Numbered from the stretch's first letter, positions 27,964-39,236 are shown. The stretch: 64,000 nucleotides of DNA from a virus (IMGVR_UViG_3300027710_000010:181763-245762); one strand, 5' to 3'. Made by a program: numbers and translations. The notes: a model not told the origin generated them from the sequence alone.

Positions 27964-30392
27964 TCGTATCTGTAGCGAACAATAACAATACCAGAACCGC
28001 CGCTTCCCGGAGCAATAACAGACCCAACACTTGGATAAGTTGGGTTACCTGAACCGGCCGCTCCTCCCCCTCCGCCACCAGTATTTGCTCCGCCACTTTG
28101 TGCAGTTCCGCCAGTAGTTGCTGGGGCGCCGTTGCCGCCGCCACCTTGGCCTCCTCGACCAAGACTAGCTCCACGTGCATTTCTTACATCACCCGAAGCT
28201 CCACCGCCACCACCAAACCAACCTGCTGGGTACCCGCCTACTGATGCAAATTGTGGGAAATATTTTCCAGGTCCACCAGTGCCAGTTAGGCCACTTGCGC
28301 CAGCGCCACCTGCGCCACCCCCGCCGCCGTCGCCAGGGCCTGAGCACGGTCCGCCTGCAAAGCCTTGGCCTTGTATTCCAGGGCCGCCTGGCTTACTACC
28401 ATATCCGCCAGCGCCGCCTCCTGAACCTCCAGCACCACCAGTTCTAAATGAACTTTCTCCGCCACCTTTGCCGCCGCCCATAGCTACCAAAGTATCAAAC
28501 TGACTTGGATTTCCGTCGTTACTGTTAGTGTTTGGACTTGCTACTCCGACGCCTCCGGCTCCGACTACTACTGTATATTTTTGACCAGAAGTTACTGGGT
28601 AGTTTTGACAGTATAACACGCCACCAGCACCGCCGCCACCTGCTCCATCAACAGTTCCGTTTCTTCCACCTGCGCCGCCGCCACCTACTACTAGTACTTC
28701 TACGTTGCCAGTAACTGCTGGTGTAAATCCACTAGTACCAGTTGTTGTGTATGTATGGTAACGATATCCACCTAAACTTGTTGGGACTGGGCTCGTTGCA
28801 TCTACAGTTCTAGTATATGGACCTTCCTTATTAGATCTTTCTAATTGAGCTCCCCAAACATGAATTCCGCTAGTGCCGTTGCCCGCATAATTAGATAAAC
28901 CATATTGCCAAGTTGTCGGGGTTTCTGCATCTGCTATAAACGCAGTTGAATAAATTATTCCGCCGTTTGAATGTGACGACGTTACACTACACCTGTACCA
29001 TCCGTTACCTACTGGAGTAATACTATATCCAGTATTAGTAGGACTTCCTGTGGTATTAGTTGCTCCTGTAGCAACACCTGTACTTAAATTAAATATTGCC
29101 GAGTATCGTGTATTATCGGTATCAGTTGATGTTCTAACACCTGCAAAATTACGTTCGCCTGCCTTAAGATAAAAACTTACAGTGTATATTCCAGCAGGAA
29201 CTATTGTTTGGTTATTATAAATTGAATGAACGTCAGTTGTATTGCTTTCAATAAATTTATCAGCGGTCAATGTTCCATCTGGGGCAAGTATTGCATCTGC
29301 ACTAATTGTTCCGCCTGTTTTGTACCATGCCGCGTTGCTTATTTGTTCACTATATGTTAATAAGTTATGTCCACCAAAATTACGTAACGGATCTTGACTG
29401 ATCCAGCCAGTTGCAGGACCTTCATAAACTTCAACAGCTTTAAGATCAGAATTATATTGCATTATTCCTAGTGGGGTCGAGTTTGTACTAGTAACTGCAT
29501 ATCGAATAATGACAACGCCACTACCACCAGTTCCGGGTGTTCCACTACCATTACCACCACCACCACCACCCCCAGTTCCTGCTACTCCAGTACCACCAGC
29601 CATGCTTGTACTAATACCGCCAGTTCCACCGCCGCCTAATCCGCCTTGTGCAAAATTCACTCCGTTGACACATGTACCGCCACCACCACCACCAGCATAC
29701 CATGTTGGTGCTCCAGTGATGCTAAAATTTAATCCGTTGCCACCGCCTCCAGCTAGTACATATGATCCAGATTGTCCAGATTGTCCAGCTCCGCCACCAC
29801 CGCCGCCGGCGGCATTTGCACCTAAATCACTTGCTGTTCCTACTCCACCGTTTGTACCTTGTCCTGTGACTCCAGTACCAGCTGAATTAGCAAACCCATT
29901 ACTTGCGGCTGCGCCACCGCCTCCACTTCCGCCAGCAGTTGTACCGCTTGTTGCACTTCTACTGTTGCCTCCACCACCACCATTAGCGGTCAACGATCCA
30001 AATATACTATTAGTTCCAACAGAGCCTAATACTGTACTACCAGAACCGCCAATACCGCCAGTTCCAACAGTAATACTATAAGAAGTTCCAGGTGTTACCG
30101 TAAAAGCAGAGTTGTAAAGTAATCCGCCAGCTCCACCACCACCGCCTCCGTTATAACCGCCACCACCACCACCTGCTACTACTAGCACTTCAACTTGTGT
30201 TACTCCAGCTGGAGCTGTCCAAGTATTGTTTGTTAGTGTTGGAGTTGGTCCAGCTAATACTGAATAAGATTGACTGCCAGTATTAGTCCATTTGATCAGT
30301 GATGTTATAATAGGGGGACGGTTTGACGTTGAGTTAGGAGTCAACGTTAAATTATTTGTACCGCTAATTGTTGTATTTTTAAGGATTGCCAT
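27960..30392 (-). CDS. Gly-rich adhesin-like virion protein (2 polyglycine domains plus a beta-sandwich)
   Basis: Two VEVLVV.GGG...GSG.VI.RY units flanking an NLLTYSE...WGAQLE domain. Confidence 0.8.
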   Translation of the reverse strand: MAILKNTTISGTNNLTLTPNSTSNRPPIITSLIKWTNTGSQSYSVLAGPTPTLTNNTWTAPAGVTQVEVLVVAGGGGGGYNGGGGGGAGGLLYNSAFTVTPGTSYSITVGTGGIGGSGSTVLGSVGTNSIFGSLTANGGGGGNSRSATSGTTAGGSGGGGAAASNGFANSAGTGVTGQGTNGGVGTASDLGANAAGGGGGGAGQSGQSGSYVLAGGGGNGLNFSITGAPTWYAGGGGGGTCVNGVNFAQGGLGGGGTGGISTSMAGGTGVAGTGGGGGGGNGSGTPGTGGSGVVIIRYAVTSTNSTPLGIMQYNSDLKAVEVYEGPATGWISQDPLRNFGGHNLLTYSEQISNAAWYKTGGTISADAILAPDGTLTADKFIESNTTDVHSIYNNQTIVPAGIYTVSFYLKAGERNFAGVRTSTDTDNTRYSAIFNLSTGVATGATNTTGSPTNTGYSITPVGNGWYRCSVTSSHSNGGIIYSTAFIADAETPTTWQYGLSNYAGNGTSGIHVWGAQLERSNKEGPYTRTVDATSPVPTSLGGYRYHTYTTTGTSGFTPAVTGNVEVLVVGGGGAGGRNGTVDGAGGGGAGGVLYCQNYPVTSGQKYTVVVGAGGVGVASPNTNSNDGNPSQFDTLVAMGGGKGGGESSFRTGGAGGSGGGAGGYGSKPGGPGIQGQGFAGGPCSGPGDGGGGGAGGAGASGLTGTGGPGKYFPQFASVGGYPAGWFGGGGGASGDVRNARGASLGRGGQGGGGNGAPATTGGTAQSGGANTGGGGGGAAGSGNPTYPSVGSVIAPGSGGSGIVIVRYRYD

Positions 30393-30415
30393 TGTTTTTT
30401 GCCATTATCTCATAT

Positions 30416-32713
30416 TTAACTTTGTGCAGGATACCATCGCAAAACAACGATTCCGTGTCCGCCTGTGCCGCCTGTTTCAGCTCCATTTGATCTGCCACCA
30501 CCACCACCAGAGCCTGTAAAGTTTACAGCATTATTATTAACTGTGGTACTTATTGGGCCAGTACCAATACTCGGATGATAGCCTACACTACCGTTCGTAC
30601 CACCTGCGTTCATCTTAGATTCAGTATTGGTTGGACCTGAATAGTAAGCACTGCCGGTGCCGCCAGCTGAATAATAAACTGGAGTGCCAGTAATTCCATA
30701 CATTAAGCCAGCACCACCTTCATTAGGACTGTTATTATTACCGCCAGATCCAGCACCAGTTCCCCCGGCACCGCCACCACCACCACAACCTGTATCCCCA
30801 GTTGCTTGTTGATTGCCTGATCCGCCAGCAAATCCTTGACCAGCAGTACCAGCACCGCCTGCGGAGTTGCTAGTACTTCCACCACCGCCACTTCCGCCAG
30901 CTGTTCCAGCACTTAGATGAGTCGAAGCGCCTGCTCCGCCGCCCACTGCTGTTAACACCGCTGTTCCAGAATATTGAGATAATGAACTATTACTACCACT
31001 GGAACTTGCGGCACCACCAAATCCTGCAATGACTCCGTATGTATAGCCGCTAGCAACTTGATAAGACTGGTGATACAATAAGCCGCCAGCGCCACCTCCG
31101 CCTCCGTATCCTGATGATCCGTTAGCACTGCCACCACCGCCACCACCAGCTACACATAATACTTCTATTTTAGACACACCAGACGGAGTTGGCCAATACA
31201 TTGTTCCTTCTCCGTTGCCTATTTGCGGGGTGTTGGTAAAAATTTGTACTAATTGCGCTGGATTGACACTATGATATCTAACAATTACAGCACCGTCAGC
31301 ACCGTTGGCCTGCATCCATCGATACCAACCGTATCCAAATGTTGCATCATAGTGACTGCCGCCTCCACCAGATCCTGTCCACCAATCACCATTGCCACCT
31401 AATAAAGTCGCTGTACCCGATCCTGCTCCTGCTGGCGCGCCTTGTCCACCACCGCCAGCACCGCCTATTCCGCCAAGAAGACTGTTGTATTGTATATTGC
31501 CGCCACCGCCGCCTGCATACCATTTACTTTTTCCGCTAATGCTAAATGCTAGTCCTGGGCCACCTGATCCGCCGCGAGTATTTGTTGAGGCGCCGCCTTG
31601 ACCTCCAGCGCCACCGCCACCAGCGGCTGGGTAATTTGGATCAGCAAATCCAGAATATCCGCCAGCAAATCCTTGACCAGTAGTTCCGGCAGCTCCATTG
31701 CCTAAGTTTCTAACGGATCCGCCGCCAGACCCGCCAATAGATCCGTTAGTACTTGCACCACCTGTTCCACCGTAACCGCCACCAACTGATGCTAGCGATG
31801 TTGATACAGCAAAAATTGCCAAGTTATCAATTGTCACAGCCGCAGTACAATATAAATTAATAAGATTTAAGTTAACATTGTTTTGCTTCCAAAATGCCCA
31901 CGCTTTACTGCCACTCACTGCAAACGATACATCCGCAAAGGCATTACTAACTTGCGGCATTGTATATGAAGCATCATTATGATTAACAAGTAATACGTTT
32001 GTTCCAGCGCCAGATATTACATCAAATGTAGCACAATAGATCTGTCCTTCAACGAATGCAGATGTCGGAACACTAGTCAAATAACTAGTATCGCTACCTG
32101 ATTTTACTGCTTGTCCGCCGGTAACTGACCATTGAGTACCTTGTGTCCATCCAGTTGCTGAACTAAAATCGCCGTTAGTTACTAAGTTAGGACCAAATGC
32201 ACTAGCACATCCTCTTTTACCAAATTGATCATAAGTATCACTACCGTATCTTTGTCCGCCGTTGCCAGCGCCGTCGCCGCCCTTGCCAACTACTACAGTA
32301 TATGGTTGACCAGCAGTTACTGAATAACTTGTATTGTATACTACACCGCCTGCACCACCTCCGCTGCCGCTATGTCGGCCACCACCACCACCACCGGCAA
32401 TACATAATACTTCGATAGTGCCGGTGTATCTAGGAGTAAAGGTGTGTATACCTGCACTTAAAAATTGATGTACTTTATATACATCACTTTGATATGTTAT
32501 ATGTTGACCTGAGGTTGTGCTAACATCTGCGTGATTTTTTATGCCTACTGAATGACTAAATCTTCTCCAACTTGTTCCGTTATAAATTTCTGTATATTTT
32601 AAGTCCGTGTTGTAACGCATTGCCCCAACTGCTGGGCTACCTGGTCGTTGTGCAGTTGTACCAATAGCTGGTTGGGCATATGTTGACGTAATTGTTGTTT
32701 GTAGATTTGCCAT
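30416..32713 (-). CDS. Gly-rich adhesin-like protein (2 polyglycine domains, CBM-like insert)
   Basis: Intact GTTAQRP..GAMRYNT..W N-terminal motif; NLVTNGDFS insert inside the first Gly domain. Confidence 0.8.
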   Translation of the reverse strand: MANLQTTITSTYAQPAIGTTAQRPGSPAVGAMRYNTDLKYTEIYNGTSWRRFSHSVGIKNHADVSTTSGQHITYQSDVYKVHQFLSAGIHTFTPRYTGTIEVLCIAGGGGGGRHSGSGGGAGGVVYNTSYSVTAGQPYTVVVGKGGDGAGNGGQRYGSDTYDQFGKRGCASAFGPNLVTNGDFSSATGWTQGTQWSVTGGQAVKSGSDTSYLTSVPTSAFVEGQIYCATFDVISGAGTNVLLVNHNDASYTMPQVSNAFADVSFAVSGSKAWAFWKQNNVNLNLINLYCTAAVTIDNLAIFAVSTSLASVGGGYGGTGGASTNGSIGGSGGGSVRNLGNGAAGTTGQGFAGGYSGFADPNYPAAGGGGAGGQGGASTNTRGGSGGPGLAFSISGKSKWYAGGGGGNIQYNSLLGGIGGAGGGGQGAPAGAGSGTATLLGGNGDWWTGSGGGGSHYDATFGYGWYRWMQANGADGAVIVRYHSVNPAQLVQIFTNTPQIGNGEGTMYWPTPSGVSKIEVLCVAGGGGGGSANGSSGYGGGGGAGGLLYHQSYQVASGYTYGVIAGFGGAASSSGSNSSLSQYSGTAVLTAVGGGAGASTHLSAGTAGGSGGGGSTSNSAGGAGTAGQGFAGGSGNQQATGDTGCGGGGGAGGTGAGSGGNNNSPNEGGAGLMYGITGTPVYYSAGGTGSAYYSGPTNTESKMNAGGTNGSVGYHPSIGTGPISTTVNNNAVNFTGSGGGGGRSNGAETGGTGGHGIVVLRWYPAQS

Positions 32714-32716
32714 AGT

Positions 32717-35152
32717 TTACATTCCGTACCTATTTTTCATTGCTTGATAATTAGTCATGATTTCGCCAGATGTTAGAGTTTTTGTATATATTCTTGCGGC
32801 GCCTATATATCCAGGCATTGCGTAATTTGCATTGCTAAATCCCCAACCAGAATACATGCCAATTCTATAAGCATTGGTTAATGTTAGTCCTGAGAAATTA
32901 CTAGTGCCTTGCGTAAGTAGTAGGCCGTCTAAATACATGCGCCATTGATTGCCATCTCTAGTAGTGGCCATGTGATGCCAAGCGTTAGCTGATAATGCAA
33001 TGCCGTTGATGTTTGTTTCAACCCCACTATTACCTGTTGTAAAGTTAACTACCCCTGCACTAGCATAATCCCAAAGAAAATAACTGTTGGTCCCACCATC
33101 CCCGCCATCGCCTCTAAGATCAATTATATAAGCTCTTGCATACGTGGCATCTTTAAGGCTAGTTACATATATCCAAAAATCATAACTATGATTCACACCT
33201 AAATACAAGTTAGGATTTGACATACTAATGTAATCATTAGTGCCATCTAGTCTAACAAATTTGTAATTCGTAGTTGCTACTGGAAGTGCCCCGTTAGATA
33301 ATGTACCGATTGATCCTCCGGCAGTATCATATAGTTTAGACGTGTTAATAGGCAAAGACGATGGTGCTGGATTACATGCTGGATCGTTGAGATCTAAATT
33401 AATAGCCAATTGATCAGTGACATATGATTGTCTATCTTCGACTTTACTTTGTAATTCAAACCTATTAAGTTGTGCGTTGTAATTCTGTTTAACTTGGACT
33501 GGAGTTAGTGCAGTTGTATACAAACTAGTACACGCTATTTTCCCGTTCCATACACTTGTGCCTGCACTCCATGATAATGAACCAATGTAAAATACTGAAC
33601 CATTTGGAGTTGTCAACCCGCTGCAAGTAGTTGTTCCGGTCATGTTACCATTTAGATAAAACGTAACAGTTGTGCCGTTCCATACTGCACAAACATGCTG
33701 CCAAGTATTTGCTACGGCTGTTGCTCCTGTAGCATTAAAATCATGAGTGCCTCCCGATCCGTAACCAATAGCACTCCACACTCCACTTTCTGCCCTAATC
33801 CCACGAGCAGTACCGCTTACGCCACCGCCAACACTCATTACATACGAATCAGTACTAACTTGATTTGGATACACCCATGCTGATATTGTAATCGTTGACG
33901 TTTGATGTTGCGTAAATGTACCACTTACTGCATAATCATTTGTGCCGTCAAACACTATTGCGCCGCCATTGGCTGATGAATAAGTCGGTCCGTTGGTCAA
34001 TGTTGCATTGTTGCCAAGTCCTGACATATCTATCCAAGTAGTCCCTGAGCTATACCTAGCTCCGTCTAAATATGCCACTAATCCGTCAGTTACTATGTCG
34101 TCCCCAATTGGAGCGGTTTTCCATTTGTTAGATGCTTCATAATTCTCGAATGTATTTGCAACTGTATTAAAACGAGTTTGTCCTGTGGGCTGTGTGGTTG
34201 CGGTTGCTAGTGCGTATCTAATGATAACTATGCCAGATCCACCAGCGCCACCGCCAAGATTGGAATACTGAAATCCACCACCACCACCACCAGTTCCATT
34301 AACACCGCTGGCCGATGATCTTACGGCAGCGCCACCGGATACTGCTGTATACCCGCCTACACCACCACCCCCTATACCACCTAAACCATATGTAGCTGTT
34401 GCGGGAGAAAACAACCCAGTTCCTAACTGAGTTCCGCCACCGCCACCACCATACCAAGTAGGTGTTCCACTTATGTTGTAATTAACACCTGGCCCACCAA
34501 ATCCACCGTTTATTGAATCAGGGCCGCCACCAGGACCACCTGCACCTCCACCACCACAAGTCGAGTAGTTTATTGGAGTTGATGCTCCGTCACCAAAGAA
34601 CCCCCCTCCTTGATGTCCTTGTCCGGGAGTGCCAGCGCCACCAACAGTAAACGAGCTACCGTTGTCACTTGCGCCACCACCTGATCCGCCATTGTTTCTA
34701 CTTGCGGCCGTGCTGCCTTGACTTAGGCCAGCGCCGCCACCAATAGCAGTCAATGTGGCAAATACACTATTACTACCTGGATTACCAGTATTGCTTACTT
34801 GTGTGGCCGCTGTTCCGCCTTGACCTACTGTAACAGTATAACTTGTAGACGGAGTAACTGGGAAAGCGGAGTTGTATATTACTCCACCAGCGCCTCCTCC
34901 ACCACCGTGATAGCCGCCACCAGCACCGCCACCAGCAACTACCAATACTTCAATATTAGTTACGCCAGTTGGACAAGTCCAGCTTGTGCTTGTTGTAGTT
35001 GCACTTCCAGATAATGTAGTAACTGCCTGTGTTCCAGTGTTAGTCCACTGTACAATAACTGTACTAGACAAACTGGGCCTGTTGGCGTTGTTACCACTTG
35101 GCAGCGTCAAGCTACCGGTATCATTAACGGATAGGCTTGCTAACTGTGCCAT
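32717..35152 (-). CDS. Gly-rich adhesin-like protein with two LamG/ConA-like domains
   Basis: One Gly domain, then two FDGTNDY/LDGTNDY...WQH/WHH...YLNG/YLDG...Y...LT repeats. Confidence 0.82.
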   Translation of the reverse strand: MAQLASLSVNDTGSLTLPSGNNANRPSLSSTVIVQWTNTGTQAVTTLSGSATTTSTSWTCPTGVTNIEVLVVAGGGAGGGYHGGGGGAGGVIYNSAFPVTPSTSYTVTVGQGGTAATQVSNTGNPGSNSVFATLTAIGGGAGLSQGSTAASRNNGGSGGGASDNGSSFTVGGAGTPGQGHQGGGFFGDGASTPINYSTCGGGGAGGPGGGPDSINGGFGGPGVNYNISGTPTWYGGGGGGTQLGTGLFSPATATYGLGGIGGGGVGGYTAVSGGAAVRSSASGVNGTGGGGGGFQYSNLGGGAGGSGIVIIRYALATATTQPTGQTRFNTVANTFENYEASNKWKTAPIGDDIVTDGLVAYLDGARYSSGTTWIDMSGLGNNATLTNGPTYSSANGGAIVFDGTNDYAVSGTFTQHQTSTITISAWVYPNQVSTDSYVMSVGGGVSGTARGIRAESGVWSAIGYGSGGTHDFNATGATAVANTWQHVCAVWNGTTVTFYLNGNMTGTTTCSGLTTPNGSVFYIGSLSWSAGTSVWNGKIACTSLYTTALTPVQVKQNYNAQLNRFELQSKVEDRQSYVTDQLAINLDLNDPACNPAPSSLPINTSKLYDTAGGSIGTLSNGALPVATTNYKFVRLDGTNDYISMSNPNLYLGVNHSYDFWIYVTSLKDATYARAYIIDLRGDGGDGGTNSYFLWDYASAGVVNFTTGNSGVETNINGIALSANAWHHMATTRDGNQWRMYLDGLLLTQGTSNFSGLTLTNAYRIGMYSGWGFSNANYAMPGYIGAARIYTKTLTSGEIMTNYQAMKNRYGM

Positions 35153-35153
35153 A

Positions 35154-38100
35154 TTATTTGTTACCTTTTAACTCATCAATTTCTGCTTTAAGTGTCTTAA
35201 TAGCTTCTACCAAATATGCTGTTAACTTAGTGTACTGAATGCCTAATGGATTGCCATTTTCATCTTTACTGACCAAGTTTGGAATAACTTTGTTAACATC
35301 TTCAGCAATAAGTCCAATCTCGTCTTTGCGTGAACCGTCTCGACGATCATAACTTACACCACATAATTGTAGTACACTGTCAAGTGCATTAGTTAAAGGA
35401 TTTACATTTTCTTTTAATGTAATACTTGAACTTTCTGTTAGTGCTGTTACAGTTAATGTACCAGTACTTGGTGTAAATGTTATACCACTGCTTGCTATAA
35501 ATGCTGTTGTCAAACTGCCAGTAGTAGTTGAAGCAAATGTTGGATAGAATGTTGAAGAACTACTACTATTGCTAATAGTTGCGCCTGCTGCCGCCCAACT
35601 TAATGTACCACTGCCGTTAGTTACCAGTGCATACCCGTTTGTACCGTCAGCCGTTGGTAATGTATATGTTACACTACCCGCGGTTGCTGGCACTGTAAAT
35701 GTTACTGCACCGCTACTTGATCCTTGAATTGCAATACTGCCTTTTACAGCAAATGCACCTGTACTTGGATTAAAGCTAAACTTTGAACTAGAAACACTAG
35801 CACTTGTTACAGTACCGCTAGTTGCTGTTGTAAACAATGGATAGAAAGTACTGTTAGTTGAACTGTCACTTACAGTAACGGCTGCATCCGCCCACTGCAT
35901 TCCACTTGATGTTGTTTGTAGGAACTTACCGTTAGTACCAGCAGATCCATTAATTGTAATCTTGCTTGTTGAAGCAACATCTATGCTACCAGTAGTAGTT
36001 AGCGCACCAATTTTTAGATCACTATATGTAGCTGATGTAAAATCGACAGTAGTAGTTGGTTCAGGAATTACACCTTTGAACAATTTCCAAACACCGTCAT
36101 TTGCGTCACGTACAAATCCAGTATGTTGATATCCACCATTTGTGAATGAACTAACAAAACCAATATCAACAACGTCGGCTGGATTATCGTCACCCATATA
36201 AATCAAGCTGTCTGCTACATTATAATTTGTTGTGTTGATAATTGTTTGCGTGCCGTTAACTGTCAAGTTTCCGTCTACGACTAAATTATTACCAATAGTA
36301 ACATTGTGTGTAACACGCAGATCATTCTCAACAGTTAAATCGCTGTTAATTGTTACAGCTGGTGTAAATGTAATTCCAGAACTATCAGTAGAATCAAGAG
36401 TTGTTCCGTTAACACTAATAGCATCAATTATAACGCTGCCAGTACCACTTGGTGTAACAATAATGTCTTCGTTGCTGTTTTTTCCGATAATGTTATTTTG
36501 GAAGTAACGAATACTACCAGTATCTACTTCGCTAATATTAATAGTTGCCGGCGCCTCACTTGTACCAGTAACGCTTAATGCACCAAACTCGTCAGTGATA
36601 GTTAATGATCCCAGTGTAATAGAACCCGGACCCACGTACACGTGATTCCATCTATTACTTGGTGTGCCTAATGTCAGTATATTATCGTTAACAGGCACAA
36701 CGTTAGTTGACACTACTTCAAAGTATCCACGCACTGCGGCTTCTGTCGGGACTGCTTCGTTTGAGTCGCCACTTAGTGTGTAATCACTTGAGAATTCGTT
36801 AACTAGTTCGCCTAATTGTGCTCCAATTGAGCCTAATCGTAAACTTGTAAGACCCGACAAGTCGAATGCCGATGCATTAAGTGTTGCTCGCCCAGTTGCT
36901 TGGTCTACACGGAAGTAGTCGCCAACACGGAAATTACCGTCTTGATCTGTACTTACGTAGAACACACGACCTGGGAATGATTCAATTACTTCATTTGCTT
37001 GACTTGCTGCCTGTAATGGAGCATTTGGATAGTTAGTGTCAGTTCTTCCACCAGTACCAATACTTAAGAAGTCATGACCTGTTAATCTGCTTTGACTGTA
37101 GTTATATCTAACTGTGACGGCAGCGTTGTTTGCGCTAGGATTTATTTTTTCATTAGCTAAAACAAGAATTAAAACACTAGTAATATTAGTCCAAGACCCG
37201 CCCACACTTTGGACGATGTAACTTGTTGCGTCTCCAGCAATTTGTAAACTTGCACCAGGTCTTGGTAAAGCATTGAAACCGTCAGCAACAAGCACAAATC
37301 CTTTTTGTCCAGCTACTCCGCCAGTTGCAATATCTGCTGTTATACCCTCGCCGTTGTCAATAGTGTCAGTATCTAAGAAAGTGCCACTTGTTGAACTATA
37401 ATAAATTTTGCCTACAGCAGTTTGTACGTTAGTAATCTGACCTATAGCACCGCTTACTGAACCAGTTATGGTATCACCAACACTAAATTCGCCACCAGTT
37501 AATGTTAACTCGTCATATGTTATTTGCTCACCATACAATGCGCCAGTTAATGGCGTTTCATCTGCATCAAATCCGCGACTTATTACACCATATGTGCCAT
37601 AACTGTTGTTACCTGATAAAGAACGAATCTTACCGCCACTAGTTGTGGCATATCCAAACCAGCAGTAATATGTAAAACAACTTACAATTTCTGCTTTGCC
37701 CTGACCAGCTACCCAATATCCAACACCATCACTATTAATAACAGTGTATGCGTGGAATACCATAGACTTATAACCAGTGGCATGTACGTCACCGTCTACA
37801 ATAGCTCCAATGCCGCCGTCACTAAAACACGCACATTCTAAAATGTACGGTGACTTGTTTAAAATTGGACTATCTGGATCAAATGCAACATATACACCTG
37901 CAATGGTTGCTTCTTCAATATCTTCAGGGAATGATAAATTTGGTTGGAATCCGGTCATGCCACTAAAATACATTTTGTGTAGCATAGATCCGTCACCCAA
38001 CATCCACATAGTGCCTTCACTGTAGTCACTTGCTAATGTTACTGTTTGGGATGATATAGTCTGACTTGAACATGATACTGTTAATGTAGTAAAACCAGTA

Positions 38101-38822
38101 GTGGGCGTATTTAATGCAATAGCAGTAATTGTTACTGTACCACTAATACTTGTACCAGTTACGACTGCCCCAACTTGCCACTCATTACCTGTTATCAGAG
38201 CGTCTTGAACTACAATAGTTGTTGACGTGGCTGCGCCTACAGTCGCTGTAACAGTTGCTCCAGTTACACTAATATCTATAGGGCGTACTTGTGTAGTTCT
38301 TTGACCATCACCATAAACTGAAACACCTGCAGGGACCTTAATAGGTAGTTGTTCGTAATATGTACCTGTCTTTACGAAGATAACAGCTGGTCCAACCACT
38401 GTTTCGCAAGCATGTTTAATTGTAGCAAATGCAAGATTTAAGTTAGTACCGTCATTAGCATCATTGCCATCTTGACTGACATAATAAACATTTTCAGCAG
38501 TAACTAGGTCGTCCCACGTTGGTATGCCATCTTTAACAAATAGCACTTGACCGTCATCACCAATTGGTAATTTTGTATCAACCATTGCCCCGCGATAAAT
38601 CATGTCGCCTTGGGTATCAGTTGGACTGCCGTCTCCAGAGACCATTAAGTCCCATTTGTTGGCAGCGAGATCAGTAGCAAAACTGCCTGTTGAAGTGTGG
38701 TTTAGAATAGCAACATATGAGTTACCGTTATTTCTAACTACGTCATCTTTAACATAGTCGGTAGATGATGTCCATGCACCTTGCCACTTAAATTTAATTC
38801 TACCTAATCTAAAATCTGCCAT
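35154..38822 (-). CDS. Long fibre/spike protein with beta-helix-like region and C-terminal intramolecular chaperone (peptidase S74-like)
   Basis: N-terminal WQGAW..Y..DDVV, YYVSQDGNDANDG..AFATIKHA; C-terminal LKENV..GLIAEDV..P.LV..YTKLTAYLVEAIK coiled coil. Confidence 0.85.
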   Translation of the reverse strand: MADFRLGRIKFKWQGAWTSSTDYVKDDVVRNNGNSYVAILNHTSTGSFATDLAANKWDLMVSGDGSPTDTQGDMIYRGAMVDTKLPIGDDGQVLFVKDGIPTWDDLVTAENVYYVSQDGNDANDGTNLNLAFATIKHACETVVGPAVIFVKTGTYYEQLPIKVPAGVSVYGDGQRTTQVRPIDISVTGATVTATVGAATSTTIVVQDALITGNEWQVGAVVTGTSISGTVTITAIALNTPTTGFTTLTVSCSSQTISSQTVTLASDYSEGTMWMLGDGSMLHKMYFSGMTGFQPNLSFPEDIEEATIAGVYVAFDPDSPILNKSPYILECACFSDGGIGAIVDGDVHATGYKSMVFHAYTVINSDGVGYWVAGQGKAEIVSCFTYYCWFGYATTSGGKIRSLSGNNSYGTYGVISRGFDADETPLTGALYGEQITYDELTLTGGEFSVGDTITGSVSGAIGQITNVQTAVGKIYYSSTSGTFLDTDTIDNGEGITADIATGGVAGQKGFVLVADGFNALPRPGASLQIAGDATSYIVQSVGGSWTNITSVLILVLANEKINPSANNAAVTVRYNYSQSRLTGHDFLSIGTGGRTDTNYPNAPLQAASQANEVIESFPGRVFYVSTDQDGNFRVGDYFRVDQATGRATLNASAFDLSGLTSLRLGSIGAQLGELVNEFSSDYTLSGDSNEAVPTEAAVRGYFEVVSTNVVPVNDNILTLGTPSNRWNHVYVGPGSITLGSLTITDEFGALSVTGTSEAPATINISEVDTGSIRYFQNNIIGKNSNEDIIVTPSGTGSVIIDAISVNGTTLDSTDSSGITFTPAVTINSDLTVENDLRVTHNVTIGNNLVVDGNLTVNGTQTIINTTNYNVADSLIYMGDDNPADVVDIGFVSSFTNGGYQHTGFVRDANDGVWKLFKGVIPEPTTTVDFTSATYSDLKIGALTTTGSIDVASTSKITINGSAGTNGKFLQTTSSGMQWADAAVTVSDSSTNSTFYPLFTTATSGTVTSASVSSSKFSFNPSTGAFAVKGSIAIQGSSSGAVTFTVPATAGSVTYTLPTADGTNGYALVTNGSGTLSWAAAGATISNSSSSSTFYPTFASTTTGSLTTAFIASSGITFTPSTGTLTVTALTESSSITLKENVNPLTNALDSVLQLCGVSYDRRDGSRKDEIGLIAEDVNKVIPNLVSKDENGNPLGIQYTKLTAYLVEAIKTLKAEIDELKGNK
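35654..35708. repeat. Dispersed repeat shared by fibre paralogs (copy at 63141..63195)
   Basis: 55 nt with a single mismatch, read directly from both loci. Confidence 0.85.
36781..36869. repeat. Dispersed repeat shared by fibre paralogs (copy at 52252..52340)
   Basis: Identical blocks of 29 nt (36781-36809 = 52252-52280) and 35 nt (36835-36869 = 52306-52340). Confidence 0.85.
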
Positions 38823-38836
38823 TTTTTATTCCTAAT

Positions 38837-39202
38837 TTATTTTGGTTCTGTATAGGTGTAGGGCTTGTTTGTTCTCACACAAAAATAGCCTTCGTCATCT
38901 ATATAATAGAAAACATCTTTACTGCCGTTATACCACTGGTCATATCTGGTTGTATTCAACCCTTGACCAGTAGTGTCATTATAATCATCAATGTAATTTT
39001 CAAACATTGTAAAGAATGTTGTATCTGATGCTGCCAAATTGAGATCTGCATCTATAGTTTCCGTGCCTGTACCACTATACAATGCCTTAGTGTAAACTAG
39101 CATTCCGTCATCAACTGTTAATGCATGTAGAGCTGTGGGTAGTGTATATTGACTTCCACCACCACCTGTGCCTTCTGCTAAATTTCTTGCTAAACTGGGC
39201 AT
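38837..39202 (-). CDS. Small acidic fibre-associated protein, paralog of 54324..54632
   Basis: LHALTVDDGMLVY and YDQW..YIDDEGYFCVR.N.PYTY; ATG 39202 after GAGGA; TAAATA at 39225-39230. Confidence 0.75.
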   Translation of the reverse strand: MPSLARNLAEGTGGGGSQYTLPTALHALTVDDGMLVYTKALYSGTGTETIDADLNLAASDTTFFTMFENYIDDYNDTTGQGLNTTRYDQWYNGSKDVFYYIDDEGYFCVRTNKPYTYTEPK

Positions 39203-39236
39203 ATTATCCAATCCTCATATAAGATATTTATCGTAA

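Noticed and set aside
30390-30405. Out-of-frame upstream ATG before an A6 run, possible frameshift or phase-variation switch
   Set aside because: The downstream in-frame ATG gives a paralog-like N-terminus on its own; a 6-nt homopolymer is too weak as evidence.
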